The notes below the pieces were generated by a model. The model was not told the DNA's origin and did no database searches. It was given only the letters and a program-made list of their open reading frames with translations. From IMG/VR virus record IMGVR_UViG_3300025087_000034: 64,000 bases of DNA; one strand, given 5' to 3'. This document shows positions 1-8,109 of the stretch, piece after piece. Every line of letters starts with the position of its first letter. Position 1 is the first letter of the stretch. Source of the DNA: a virus (Duplodnaviria; Caudoviricetes). A program made the translations under genes and the position numbers.

Positions 1-127
1 ATGTGGTTCTCCGCACATGGTTTCTTCTGTCTACTAAGAAATAAGAATGGAGAAGGAAAAACATAGACATTATACCCCTTTTGTCATGTTTAATGAACTA
101 AGTAAATAGATTGGAGGTATCTCTAAA

Positions 128-1735
128 ATGGCGAGAAATAGAATAATTTATGCCTCCCAAAGTGTGCATGTCGACGGGGACGTGTTACACCGAGTTCAGA
201 CACTGGGCTCTAGTACTACTTTTACCAGTGAAGACGTATTCGAACTCGGGTTATTGGACATCATCGACGTTGTAGATGATGTGCCCACGGTTGCGGTAAC
301 TGTCGATACGAACGACTTTGGAAGCATAACTTCAATGGCTACTATTGGCAACGTAGATAAATCAGGATTTAATGCTACGGCTACTAATAGTAATGCTAAC
401 TTAACAGTTGTTAGTGGAACAACTGAAACTGAGTTTTATCATGGGGTTGCCATTGCAAACTTTGGTGCAACCAACTTCTTTGATTTGTGGGCTCCGGTTC
501 AGGCCGAGGCTGATTTAGGGACTGCGTCTAATAATGTAGACCAGACCCTTTATATGCCGGACTGTTTCGTTAACAGTATTGAAATGAGCTATTCGGCTGG
601 CGCAACGTCTACTGAGAATTATGGGGCAGAGACGGACACCAAGATGTGGCTTTTGAATAGTGGTAAGTATGTATCTCAGGAAGAGTGGGACGAGGGTGGG
701 GCCCTAGCTGCTACGGTTACGCTAGGTCTGAAGCCTACGACTTCCGGCGTGGCTACTATGTCCGATAGTACCAGAGGGTTCTTGTACACCTCTGACGCTG
801 GTGAGCGAGCCATTCGTTATTATGATTCCAGCGCTGCTGAATGGACCAACTACGCAATAGATACCAATGCTGCTACTGCGACTAAGGCTTACTATAATGC
901 TACAACCAATGAGGTAACCCTACCTACTGGTATATCCATTGATACTGGAGACAAGTTGAAGATTCGCTATGCGGCTAACTTCTACGCTGTTTCTGGTGAT
1001 GGTGATGCCGATAGAACCAAGTCCGGCTACTTTACGGCCCTTGCTGCTGGTGATACTGTAGAGCCTGAAGATGTTGGTGCTCTCAGGCAGGGCCAGGTTG
1101 AGATCTATCTTGTAGACCCAGATGTAGCCGGTACGGACTCGGCGTACGAGCTGGCTCTTAGAGTTTCTTCTTGTACTATTACCGTGAACATGACTCGTGA
1201 GGCTCTTAACGAGTTGGGTCACTTAAAGCCATACGAGCGCAGTTTGACTTTCCCTGTTGAAATTACTACAGCTATTGAGACTACAGCAGGTGACTTGGAG
1301 TTGTTTGCCAAGATGGCCGGAAAGGAAGCCTCTTACGATGCAGATACGCTTGTAGATTTGACCATTAACGATTTACAGAAGAAGGATAACCTTGTTCTCG
1401 TTGTAATGGTATACCAACAGACGGATTCTACCGCAGGCGGTTCTGGTTCTAATAGAAAGGTTCTAGATAGTGCTATGGTTGGTACTGAGTACTTTGTACG
1501 TGGTAATAGGGCTGTGTATGCGGCTATTAACCCAGCATCTCCTGAGCGTGAGTATCCGTTAAAAACCGTAATAGTCCCGGGTCTTAAAGCAACGGATGAA
1601 AACTACAACCTTGCGGTGGGCTCAAATGCTTCATATAGCATGAGCTTTAGATCGGTCAATAAATTGTTTGCCATTAAGGGTTATGTGGATATGGCTGATG
1701 TTGTGTGTACTCCTGGTTTGCAGCTTAATGCTTAA
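128..1735 (+). CDS. Probable major tail (tube) protein, 535 aa
   Basis: SD GGAGG at ~114-118. A/T/D/G-rich beta-type protein. The N-terminal MARNRIIYASQSV and the internal LRVSSCTITVNMTREALNELGHLKPYERSLTFPVEIT resemble tail-tube segments. It lies upstream of chaperone-like genes and the tape measure gene, the canonical order. Confidence 0.6.
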   Translation: MARNRIIYASQSVHVDGDVLHRVQTLGSSTTFTSEDVFELGLLDIIDVVDDVPTVAVTVDTNDFGSITSMATIGNVDKSGFNATATNSNANLTVVSGTTETEFYHGVAIANFGATNFFDLWAPVQAEADLGTASNNVDQTLYMPDCFVNSIEMSYSAGATSTENYGAETDTKMWLLNSGKYVSQEEWDEGGALAATVTLGLKPTTSGVATMSDSTRGFLYTSDAGERAIRYYDSSAAEWTNYAIDTNAATATKAYYNATTNEVTLPTGISIDTGDKLKIRYAANFYAVSGDGDADRTKSGYFTALAAGDTVEPEDVGALRQGQVEIYLVDPDVAGTDSAYELALRVSSCTITVNMTREALNELGHLKPYERSLTFPVEITTAIETTAGDLELFAKMAGKEASYDADTLVDLTINDLQKKDNLVLVVMVYQQTDSTAGGSGSNRKVLDSAMVGTEYFVRGNRAVYAAINPASPEREYPLKTVIVPGLKATDENYNLAVGSNASYSMSFRSVNKLFAIKGYVDMADVVCTPGLQLNA

Positions 1736-1750
1736 TTTTTAATTTTTTCC

Positions 1751-1772
1751 TACTCCCTGTTTACAGGGAGTA
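1751..1772. promoter_or_regulatory. Perfect inverted repeat TACTCCCTGT-TT-ACAGGGAGTA just after the tail protein stop, preceded by a T-tract
   Basis: Read directly from sequence. Possibly a terminator or RNA-stability hairpin. There is no downstream U-tract, so it is not a textbook intrinsic terminator. Confidence 0.45.
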
Positions 1773-1827
1773 CAAGTTAGTATTATATATATAGTTAGTG
1801 CCCTGTTGGTTACTAAGGAGGTCTTAT

Positions 1828-3063
1828 ATGTGTCGAGTAATATCTTCAGGTCATAATCTTGCCACATGTTTTCCCGATGTTCTCCGTTTGTGGGATTATG
1901 ACACTAATGAGGATGGTCCTGAGTTTTATATGCCAAAAACAGGGAGAAAGGCTTGGTGGTTACATTATACGGACGGCGGGGTTTTGCACAGGTGGAGAGC
2001 CAGAGTTTGTGATGTAGTTAAGAGAAACTGCCTTCAAGAAAAAAGTACTCTTGGGTGTCCATATTGTGTAGGTAAGTCTGTTGGTTTTGGTAATGATCTT
2101 GTTACAACGCACCCGTATTTAGCGGAACAGTTGTCTGTATGTCGTAATGGGTTTGGTTCGGAATCTTGCACACAAGGCTCTCATAAAAAGGTTTGGTGGT
2201 GGCATAGGACCGGGGGTGGGGTTTTGCATGAGTGGAGGGCTTCTATTTATAGCAGGGCTCTAGACGACAAGGGGTGCCCTTATTGTAAAAATCAGCTTGT
2301 TGGTTATGGAAATGATTTAAAATCTTTACGCCCAGATATTGCTAAAGACTGGGATTTTGATAGGAATGATAGGGGGCCAGAGAGTTATGTACCCAAGTCG
2401 GGTAAGGCTGTTTGGTGGGTGCATACGACAGACGAGGGGGAAATACATAGGTGGAAGGCCATAATAAAAAATAGGGTCAGCAATAAAAGTAGGTGCCCCT
2501 ACTGTTCTGGTAGAGAGCCAACTTTTGTCCACAATTTAGTTGTTTTGTATCCAGTTTTGGTATATAATGAGTGGGATTTTGAAAGGAATAAGAAAGGACC
2601 AGAGCAGTATACCCCAAAGTCAGGTAAAAAAGTCTGGTGGAAGCATTTTTGTGAGAAAACAGGGGAGCAGCATAGGTGGAAAGCAATTGTTTGTAGTAGG
2701 ACCTTGAACAGCACGGGGTGCCCTTACTGTAAGAACGGTCCTATATCTAAGGCCTCTGGTTGTTGGTTGGATACGTTAGGTATTCAAAACATTCATGGGG
2801 TAACAAGGGAAGTTAGTTTAAATGTAGGTACTAAGTTTTTTAGGGTTGATGGTTTTAATCCTGAAACCAAAACTGTTTATGAGTTTCTTGGAAACTATTG
2901 GCACGGTAATCCGTCTATGTTTGGTTCAGATGAACTAAATAAAACAGTAGGCAAGACTTTTGGTCAACTTTACCAAGGGACCATGGAAAGAATTAATTGT
3001 CTAGAAGAAGCAGGGTACAAGGTATTTTATATTTGGGAGAAGGATTTTAATGAGAGATTTTAA
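1828..3063 (+). CDS. Zinc-ribbon-repeat (DUF4379-like) protein with C-terminal Vsr/DUF559-like endonuclease; putative free-standing homing endonuclease
   Basis: AGGAGG precedes ATG 1828 (the ORF track starts at GTG 1798). Four 70-80 aa repeats WD..N..P......S.K.VWW.H....H.W.A.I..R......CPYC, then FRVDGFNPETKTVYEFLGNYWHG...GYKVFYIWEKDF. Confidence 0.75.
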   Translation: MCRVISSGHNLATCFPDVLRLWDYDTNEDGPEFYMPKTGRKAWWLHYTDGGVLHRWRARVCDVVKRNCLQEKSTLGCPYCVGKSVGFGNDLVTTHPYLAEQLSVCRNGFGSESCTQGSHKKVWWWHRTGGGVLHEWRASIYSRALDDKGCPYCKNQLVGYGNDLKSLRPDIAKDWDFDRNDRGPESYVPKSGKAVWWVHTTDEGEIHRWKAIIKNRVSNKSRCPYCSGREPTFVHNLVVLYPVLVYNEWDFERNKKGPEQYTPKSGKKVWWKHFCEKTGEQHRWKAIVCSRTLNSTGCPYCKNGPISKASGCWLDTLGIQNIHGVTREVSLNVGTKFFRVDGFNPETKTVYEFLGNYWHGNPSMFGSDELNKTVGKTFGQLYQGTMERINCLEEAGYKVFYIWEKDFNERF

Positions 3064-5093
3064 TGTCGGTGCAGTTTATGCCAAAAATTAAATATCCTTA
3101 TTCGTTTGTAAAGGATTTTATAGAAAGTTTTGGGTACAAGCTATATACTGATGAGGAAAGTTACGAGAATGTAACTACCCCGCTGCTAGTAGCGTGCAAG
3201 AAGGGGCATGTACATACCACTAGTTTTAACCATATTTATGGAGGCGGGGCGAAATGTCGTGAGTGTAATAAAATAGGAATAGCTAGAGTTATAGAGGAGT
3301 TTTCTAAGGTTGGCTATACTGTTTTATCTGAAAATTATAAGAATCAGTATACCAGAATAAAGTACTCTTGTGATAAGGGGCATGTTAATTTTACTACTTG
3401 GAATAGTTTTCAGAGTATGCGCAGGTGCCCCGAGTGCGAAAAAGAGCCTTACGACAATATTGTTAAGGCATTCAAGGATAGGGGATATGAGGTATTATCT
3501 TCTTTAGAAGAGTACGATTTAGTTGGTAGCCATTTCAAGTTTCGTTTTATATGCCCAAACGGGCATAGATCGTTTATGACCTATAGTAATTTTAAGAAGC
3601 CCACAGAGTGCGGTTTATGTTCTAAGACTAGAAAGAAGACGTATGAAGAAGTGGAAAAGAGGTTTAGGGCAGCGGGGTTTTTATTGGATGAGGGAGACTA
3701 TGTAAACCAGGACACTGATATGTCTTGTTTTTGTACTAACGGTCACCAAAATAGTACTTCGTTGTATAGGCTTCCTGGTTATTCGTGTAAAGAATGTGAC
3801 AGGGAGGTTTTTTTAAGGGAGCAGGATAGACTTCTTATTTTGGGTTTGATTTTAAGTGAGGAGAGAGATATACATAGCCAGCTTAAGGTTGAGTGTTTTG
3901 TTTGTGGTAGTATATATTGGCGGTATTTTCCAGAGGTTACTAGGTTGAGGGCTTGTTCTTGTTGTGAACAAGAGGCAGAATCTTATAAAAACCTTGTGGA
4001 GCTTTTGCCAATAGGGTTTAAAATGAGGACGGGTATGTGGGTTGGGTCTGATAACACCTACGTAGTTGAGTGTGGTAGGGGCCATGTGGCCAGGCAGGCT
4101 TATCCTAATATAATCGGAAAGAGGGTTGGGTGTGCTGAGTGCTATGGTAATAAGCTTGTGGGAATAGATCGTGTTCGTGACTATATGGGTACTTTTGATT
4201 ATACGCTGCGTTCAGATACCTACGTAAATGCACAGGGAAAATTAGAATATGCATGTCCAAAAGGGCATATAAGACAGATGAGTTGGGATAATTTTTTTCA
4301 TGGAAAAAGGTGCCCAGAATGTAATCCTTCGGGTGTTTCTAGAGCAGAAAAGGAAGTTTGTTCTTATGTTATTTCCCTAATTGGTGAAGAAAATGTAATC
4401 CCAAATGATAGGGAACAAATAAAGCCGTACGAGTTAGATATTTTTGTACCGTCGAAAAATTTTGCCATTGAATATTGTGGACTATATTGGCACTCAGAAT
4501 TTTCCGGCGGGAAAGATAAATTCTACCATAAAATGAAATATGATATGTGTAAGGAGAAGGGAATTAAACTTTTCACACTATTTGAAGATGAATATATTAA
4601 TAAAAAAGATATAGTATTAAATATAATATCACAAGAACTAGTAGGGAGTAATATAGATTTTTCAAAATGTCAAGTAAAAGAAGTAGATGTTGAGGCGGCA
4701 AATAATTTTCATAATAAGTATAATCTTGATGGTGGTTGTGATATAAAATATTCTTTTGGTATGTATTTTAATGGTAATTTAATTAGTTGTATTTCTTTTG
4801 ATAGATATCTTTTTTTGGTGAGGTGTAGTAATATAAATGGTTGTTTTGACAGGCTTTTTTTGGCCGCCGAAAAAATTTTCGGGCGGAAGATAAAAATCAA
4901 AACCAACCTAAGATATGATCAACAAGAAGACACCTACATAAAATTAGGATTTAAAAAAGATAGGTATATAGATCCAACCCCGTTTAATCTAGACGGGGAG
5001 AAAAGATACATTAGTACAGACCTAGACCTTAAAGAAGAAGAATCAGACAGGGTCTGGGACTGTGGTTTCCAGTTGTATATTAATAATGCTTAA
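3063..5093 (+). CDS. CHCC zinc-finger-repeat protein with PD-(D/E)xK/Vsr-like nuclease and a C-terminal accessory domain; putative homing endonuclease
   Basis: About seven GY.LLS..Y.N....L.Y.C..GH......F....RCP.C repeats, then ELDIFVPSKNFAIEYCGLYWHSE and KLFTLFEDEY, then a C-terminal domain ending RVWDCG. Start overlaps the upstream stop (TAATG). Confidence 0.7.
   Translation: MSVQFMPKIKYPYSFVKDFIESFGYKLYTDEESYENVTTPLLVACKKGHVHTTSFNHIYGGGAKCRECNKIGIARVIEEFSKVGYTVLSENYKNQYTRIKYSCDKGHVNFTTWNSFQSMRRCPECEKEPYDNIVKAFKDRGYEVLSSLEEYDLVGSHFKFRFICPNGHRSFMTYSNFKKPTECGLCSKTRKKTYEEVEKRFRAAGFLLDEGDYVNQDTDMSCFCTNGHQNSTSLYRLPGYSCKECDREVFLREQDRLLILGLILSEERDIHSQLKVECFVCGSIYWRYFPEVTRLRACSCCEQEAESYKNLVELLPIGFKMRTGMWVGSDNTYVVECGRGHVARQAYPNIIGKRVGCAECYGNKLVGIDRVRDYMGTFDYTLRSDTYVNAQGKLEYACPKGHIRQMSWDNFFHGKRCPECNPSGVSRAEKEVCSYVISLIGEENVIPNDREQIKPYELDIFVPSKNFAIEYCGLYWHSEFSGGKDKFYHKMKYDMCKEKGIKLFTLFEDEYINKKDIVLNIISQELVGSNIDFSKCQVKEVDVEAANNFHNKYNLDGGCDIKYSFGMYFNGNLISCISFDRYLFLVRCSNINGCFDRLFLAAEKIFGRKIKIKTNLRYDQQEDTYIKLGFKKDRYIDPTPFNLDGEKRYISTDLDLKEEESDRVWDCGFQLYINNA
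4864..4886. repeat. Near-perfect palindrome CCGCCGAAAAAATTTTCGGGCGG; related copies at ~21527-21557 and ~45375-45397
   Basis: Read directly from sequence. Member of the dispersed T-tract/CG-core/A-tract motif family described in findings. Confidence 0.7.
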
Positions 5094-5103
5094 AGGAGAC
5101 TTC

Positions 5104-5424
5104 ATGGAAAAGGAACCAAAAGTAAAAAAAGATTTACTTGTTAAGGACGACAAGACCAAAAAGTGGTCTGCAGAAAAATTACAAGAGGTTTTACGTGGAG
5201 ACATTACCAAGTTATTTGAGAATGTTCTAGATTTAGCCGAGTTAGCTATTGGTGATAAACAGCGTTACGAGATTTTTAGGTCCAAGGTTCTGCGACTTGG
5301 TAATAATACAATACGTAAACTTTCTGCAGAAATAGACCAGAATTATGAAGTTAATTACACTAAAGTTGGTGTTGATATTTTGAAAATAAGACAACCAACA
5401 CCAACAACAAAAAAGGAAGGGTAA
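5104..5424 (+). CDS. Hypothetical protein (106 aa), helical
   Basis: AAAGGAG SD before ATG 5104 (the ORF track starts at GTG 5062). Sits between the tail protein and chaperone-like genes. Confidence 0.7.
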   Translation: MEKEPKVKKDLLVKDDKTKKWSAEKLQEVLRGDITKLFENVLDLAELAIGDKQRYEIFRSKVLRLGNNTIRKLSAEIDQNYEVNYTKVGVDILKIRQPTPTTKKEG

Positions 5425-5427
5425 ATC

Positions 5428-6234
5428 ATGGACCAGGAAAAATTGGATTCTTTATTGGATGATGGAAAAAGAAAGTTTGAAATTGAATTTGGTAAGGATG
5501 ATGTACGAACATTCTTTTTAGTCCAGCCCACGGCGGCGGATGTGCGAGACGCGGAGTGGGAATCAATAAAAAGTTATAATAAGGCCTTAAAAGCAGGCCT
5601 TTTCACGAAGTCAGAGATGATGGATCTCTTAAAAAAACGTAATATTATAGGCCCTGATTATGACCAGCAAGGTAATAGTTTGCAGGAAAAGTTGCAAGAG
5701 AAGGTCATAGCTATGGAAAGAGCCACCGATAGGTCAGAGAGAATTGGTTTAGTGGTTGAGGTTAACTCGGCCCGCACAGCAGTTGTAGAATGGAACCAAA
5801 GGCTTACAGTTCCTATGGCAAATACATGTGAAGAGTATGCACAAACAGAAAAGGTAGAATTCCTGGCTTGTGTGCTTACTGTGGATAGCAATGGAAAGAG
5901 GGTATGGGAATCGTTGGAGCAGTTTAAGCGTGAGCGTAATATAGTACTTCAAACGAGGGCGCGCTTAGAAATTTTACTTTGGATAGAAGGGCTGGGCTCT
6001 GATGTTTTTGATGCCCTACCTGAGCGAGCAGTCTTTTCTAAGGTAATGACCGAGATATCTGATGAGGAAGAAGCTAGGAAGGAAGAAGAGGCAGCTGCTG
6101 CAAATAAGGCGGTGGTTGATGGAGAGGCGTCTCTTTCTGAGGTTGTGGACCTTGTAGTGGAGGAAGCTTTACCTGTAGAGGTTGTTGTGGAGGAGAAGGT
6201 AAAATTAAAGAGGGGAAGGCGTAAGGCTTCTTAA
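5428..6234 (+). CDS. Probable tail assembly chaperone (gpG-like), with acidic then basic low-complexity C-terminal tail
   Basis: Position between tail tube and tape measure genes, helical acidic composition, and visible similarity to the N-terminal part of 7036..8079. Confidence 0.55.
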   Translation: MDQEKLDSLLDDGKRKFEIEFGKDDVRTFFLVQPTAADVRDAEWESIKSYNKALKAGLFTKSEMMDLLKKRNIIGPDYDQQGNSLQEKLQEKVIAMERATDRSERIGLVVEVNSARTAVVEWNQRLTVPMANTCEEYAQTEKVEFLACVLTVDSNGKRVWESLEQFKRERNIVLQTRARLEILLWIEGLGSDVFDALPERAVFSKVMTEISDEEEARKEEEAAAANKAVVDGEASLSEVVDLVVEEALPVEVVVEEKVKLKRGRRKAS

Positions 6235-6260
6235 GGTTAGTTAGTTTTTAGGGGTATATT

Positions 6261-7028
6261 ATGCAATGCAGGTCTGGGATATACGCTATAATAAATATTG
6301 TTAATGGAAAATTTTATGTAGGGTCTGCTTGTAATTTTAGAGAGAGGTGGTCCAATCATATAAGGGGCCTTAATAAAGGAACCCACTACTCAGTGTATCT
6401 TCAGAGCGCTTGGAACAAGTATGGTAAGGAGAATTTCTACTTTGGTGTTTTGGAACCAGTGGAAAATATAGAGGATTTGGTGGGTAGGGAGGATTATTGG
6501 ATCAAATACTTTGATGCTGCCAACCCTAAAATAGGCTATAATATTTGTCCTACAGCGGGAAGCCTTTTGGGCTATAAATTCACGGAAGAATCCAGGCAGA
6601 AAATGTCTAAGAACAATAGGGGTGAGAAGAATCCTATGTATGGTCGTACAGGTGAAAAAAGCCCAAGCTATCAACATGCTAAGTGCTGGGAGTACGAGGG
6701 AAAATCCCAGCCTTTGTCTGACTGGGCGAAAGAGTACAATATAAGTCGGACAACCCTTGCCTTCCGAGTAAAAGAGATGGGCTGGTCTCTTGAACGGGCA
6801 CTAACAACACCTGTTCTTTCTCTGGAAGGGGAAAACAACTCTAGCTACCAGCGAGCCAAGTGCTGGAAATATAATGGAAAATCCCAGCCGTTGTCTGATT
6901 GGGCTAAAGAGTACGGTATAAATAGAACCACCTTAAACTTCAGGGTTAATGTGCTAGGTTGGTCCTTTGGACGAGCCCTTGATATCCCTATAGTGCCTAG
7001 GGATAAAAATAAACTTTCTATTGTATAG
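6261..7028 (+). CDS. GIY-YIG homing endonuclease with NUMOD3-like motif and two tandem HTH-like C-terminal repeats
   Basis: SGIYAIINIVNGKFYVGSA...R...H; LEPVE; GYNI.PTAGS.LGYKFTEESRQKMS; two repeats KCW.Y.GKSQPLSDWAKEY.I.RTTL.FRV...GWS..RAL. Confidence 0.9.
   Translation: MQCRSGIYAIINIVNGKFYVGSACNFRERWSNHIRGLNKGTHYSVYLQSAWNKYGKENFYFGVLEPVENIEDLVGREDYWIKYFDAANPKIGYNICPTAGSLLGYKFTEESRQKMSKNNRGEKNPMYGRTGEKSPSYQHAKCWEYEGKSQPLSDWAKEYNISRTTLAFRVKEMGWSLERALTTPVLSLEGENNSSYQRAKCWKYNGKSQPLSDWAKEYGINRTTLNFRVNVLGWSFGRALDIPIVPRDKNKLSIV
6678..6990 (+). repeat. Tandem duplication (177-bp period) within the GIY-YIG gene
   Basis: AAGTGCTGG..GGAAAATCCCAGCC.TTGTCTGA.TGGGC.AAAGAGTAC begins at 6681 and again at 6858. 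Confidence 0.85.
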
Positions 7029-7035
7029 TTAATAT

Positions 7036-8079
7036 ATGGTTTTTCAAGAAACACAATCTCAAAATTTTTCCTTACCTATAGAAAAAGTTTCTATACTTAT
7101 AGATGAGATTAGTTTTGGTGGTAAGCTTGAAAGGATTAAGAATGGTAAAGACAAAGATGTTTTAGTCTATTTAAAGCACTGTTCTGGTCATGATAAGATG
7201 ATGGCCAATATGACATATGAGGTAGAATATTCTCGGGCTATTGAAGCAGGATTTTTGACAGTGGCACAAGCCACTGAAATACTTACGGCTAGGGGAATTT
7301 TTACAGGAGAGGAAGAAAAAGAAATAGGGGTATTGAGGGAAAAAGTCAAGGCCCAAGAAAAGCTACTTGAACTTATTACGAAAGTCCCGTCTCGAAAAGA
7401 GAAAGTGAAGGGTGTTATAGAGGATTTAAATCAGCAGCTTCTTGATTTAATCATTATAAAAGAGCAGCATTTAGATTTTTGTGCTGAAAAAAGAGCTCAA
7501 GAAGCTAAATTTAATTACCTATTGTGCAGAGGTATTTATAGACCAGACGGTGAAGAACTATGGTGGCCAACAAAGAAAGATTTTGATGGTGAAAAGGATA
7601 TTCTGTTTAAGAGTCGACTATATGCTAAATATATTCGTTTTAGTATGGGTTTGGATGTTGGGGTTTTAAGGTATTTAGCAAGACATTCCTTATGGAGAGT
7701 ACGGTATACTTCTGCCATAAAGCTTGGTGACTCTTTATTTAGTATTTCAATAAAGGACTTTTCTCCTGACCAACTAGCTGTTGTATATTGGAGCTCTTTT
7801 TACCAATCTATCTACGAAATGATGCCGTCGGATCGACCTTCCGACGATATTATTGAAGATGACGCTTCTTTGGATGCTTTTATGAAGAATTATTTTGATG
7901 AAAAATCCAGAGAATCGGCGGGGGAAAAAGGTACAAAAAGAGGTAAGGGTTTATCAGCTTGGAACCATGAAGAGACTATAGTTACTAAGTCGAATCCCAT
8001 TCGAAATGAAATAAAATATAGTCCAACAATGGCTGCTAAACTAGATAAAAAATCCACAGACGTTAACGTTAAAAAATAA
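7036..8079 (+). CDS. Probable second tail assembly chaperone (gpGT-like: paralog of 5428..6234 plus a C-terminal extension)
   Basis: Immediately upstream of the tape measure gene. YSRAIEAGFLT...ILTARGIF and FCAEKRAQEAKFNYLLC...DGEELWW align by eye with YNKALKAGLFT...LLKKRNII and NTCEEYAQTEKVEFLAC...NGKRVW. Confidence 0.5.
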   Translation: MVFQETQSQNFSLPIEKVSILIDEISFGGKLERIKNGKDKDVLVYLKHCSGHDKMMANMTYEVEYSRAIEAGFLTVAQATEILTARGIFTGEEEKEIGVLREKVKAQEKLLELITKVPSRKEKVKGVIEDLNQQLLDLIIIKEQHLDFCAEKRAQEAKFNYLLCRGIYRPDGEELWWPTKKDFDGEKDILFKSRLYAKYIRFSMGLDVGVLRYLARHSLWRVRYTSAIKLGDSLFSISIKDFSPDQLAVVYWSSFYQSIYEMMPSDRPSDDIIEDDASLDAFMKNYFDEKSRESAGEKGTKRGKGLSAWNHEETIVTKSNPIRNEIKYSPTMAAKLDKKSTDVNVKK

Positions 8080-8109
8080 TTATATAAACGTCAATAAATA
8101 AGGAACGGA

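Noticed and set aside
1-37. Possible 3' end of an upstream gene (frame 2, ...CGSPHMVSSVY-stop)
   Set aside because: Only 11 codons are visible, too few to support a call.
5626-5645. A-run (TTAAAAAAAC) in the first chaperone-like gene as a G/GT slippery site
   Set aside because: The -1 frame hits TAA almost immediately, and the downstream neighbour is a GIY-YIG gene rather than a T domain.
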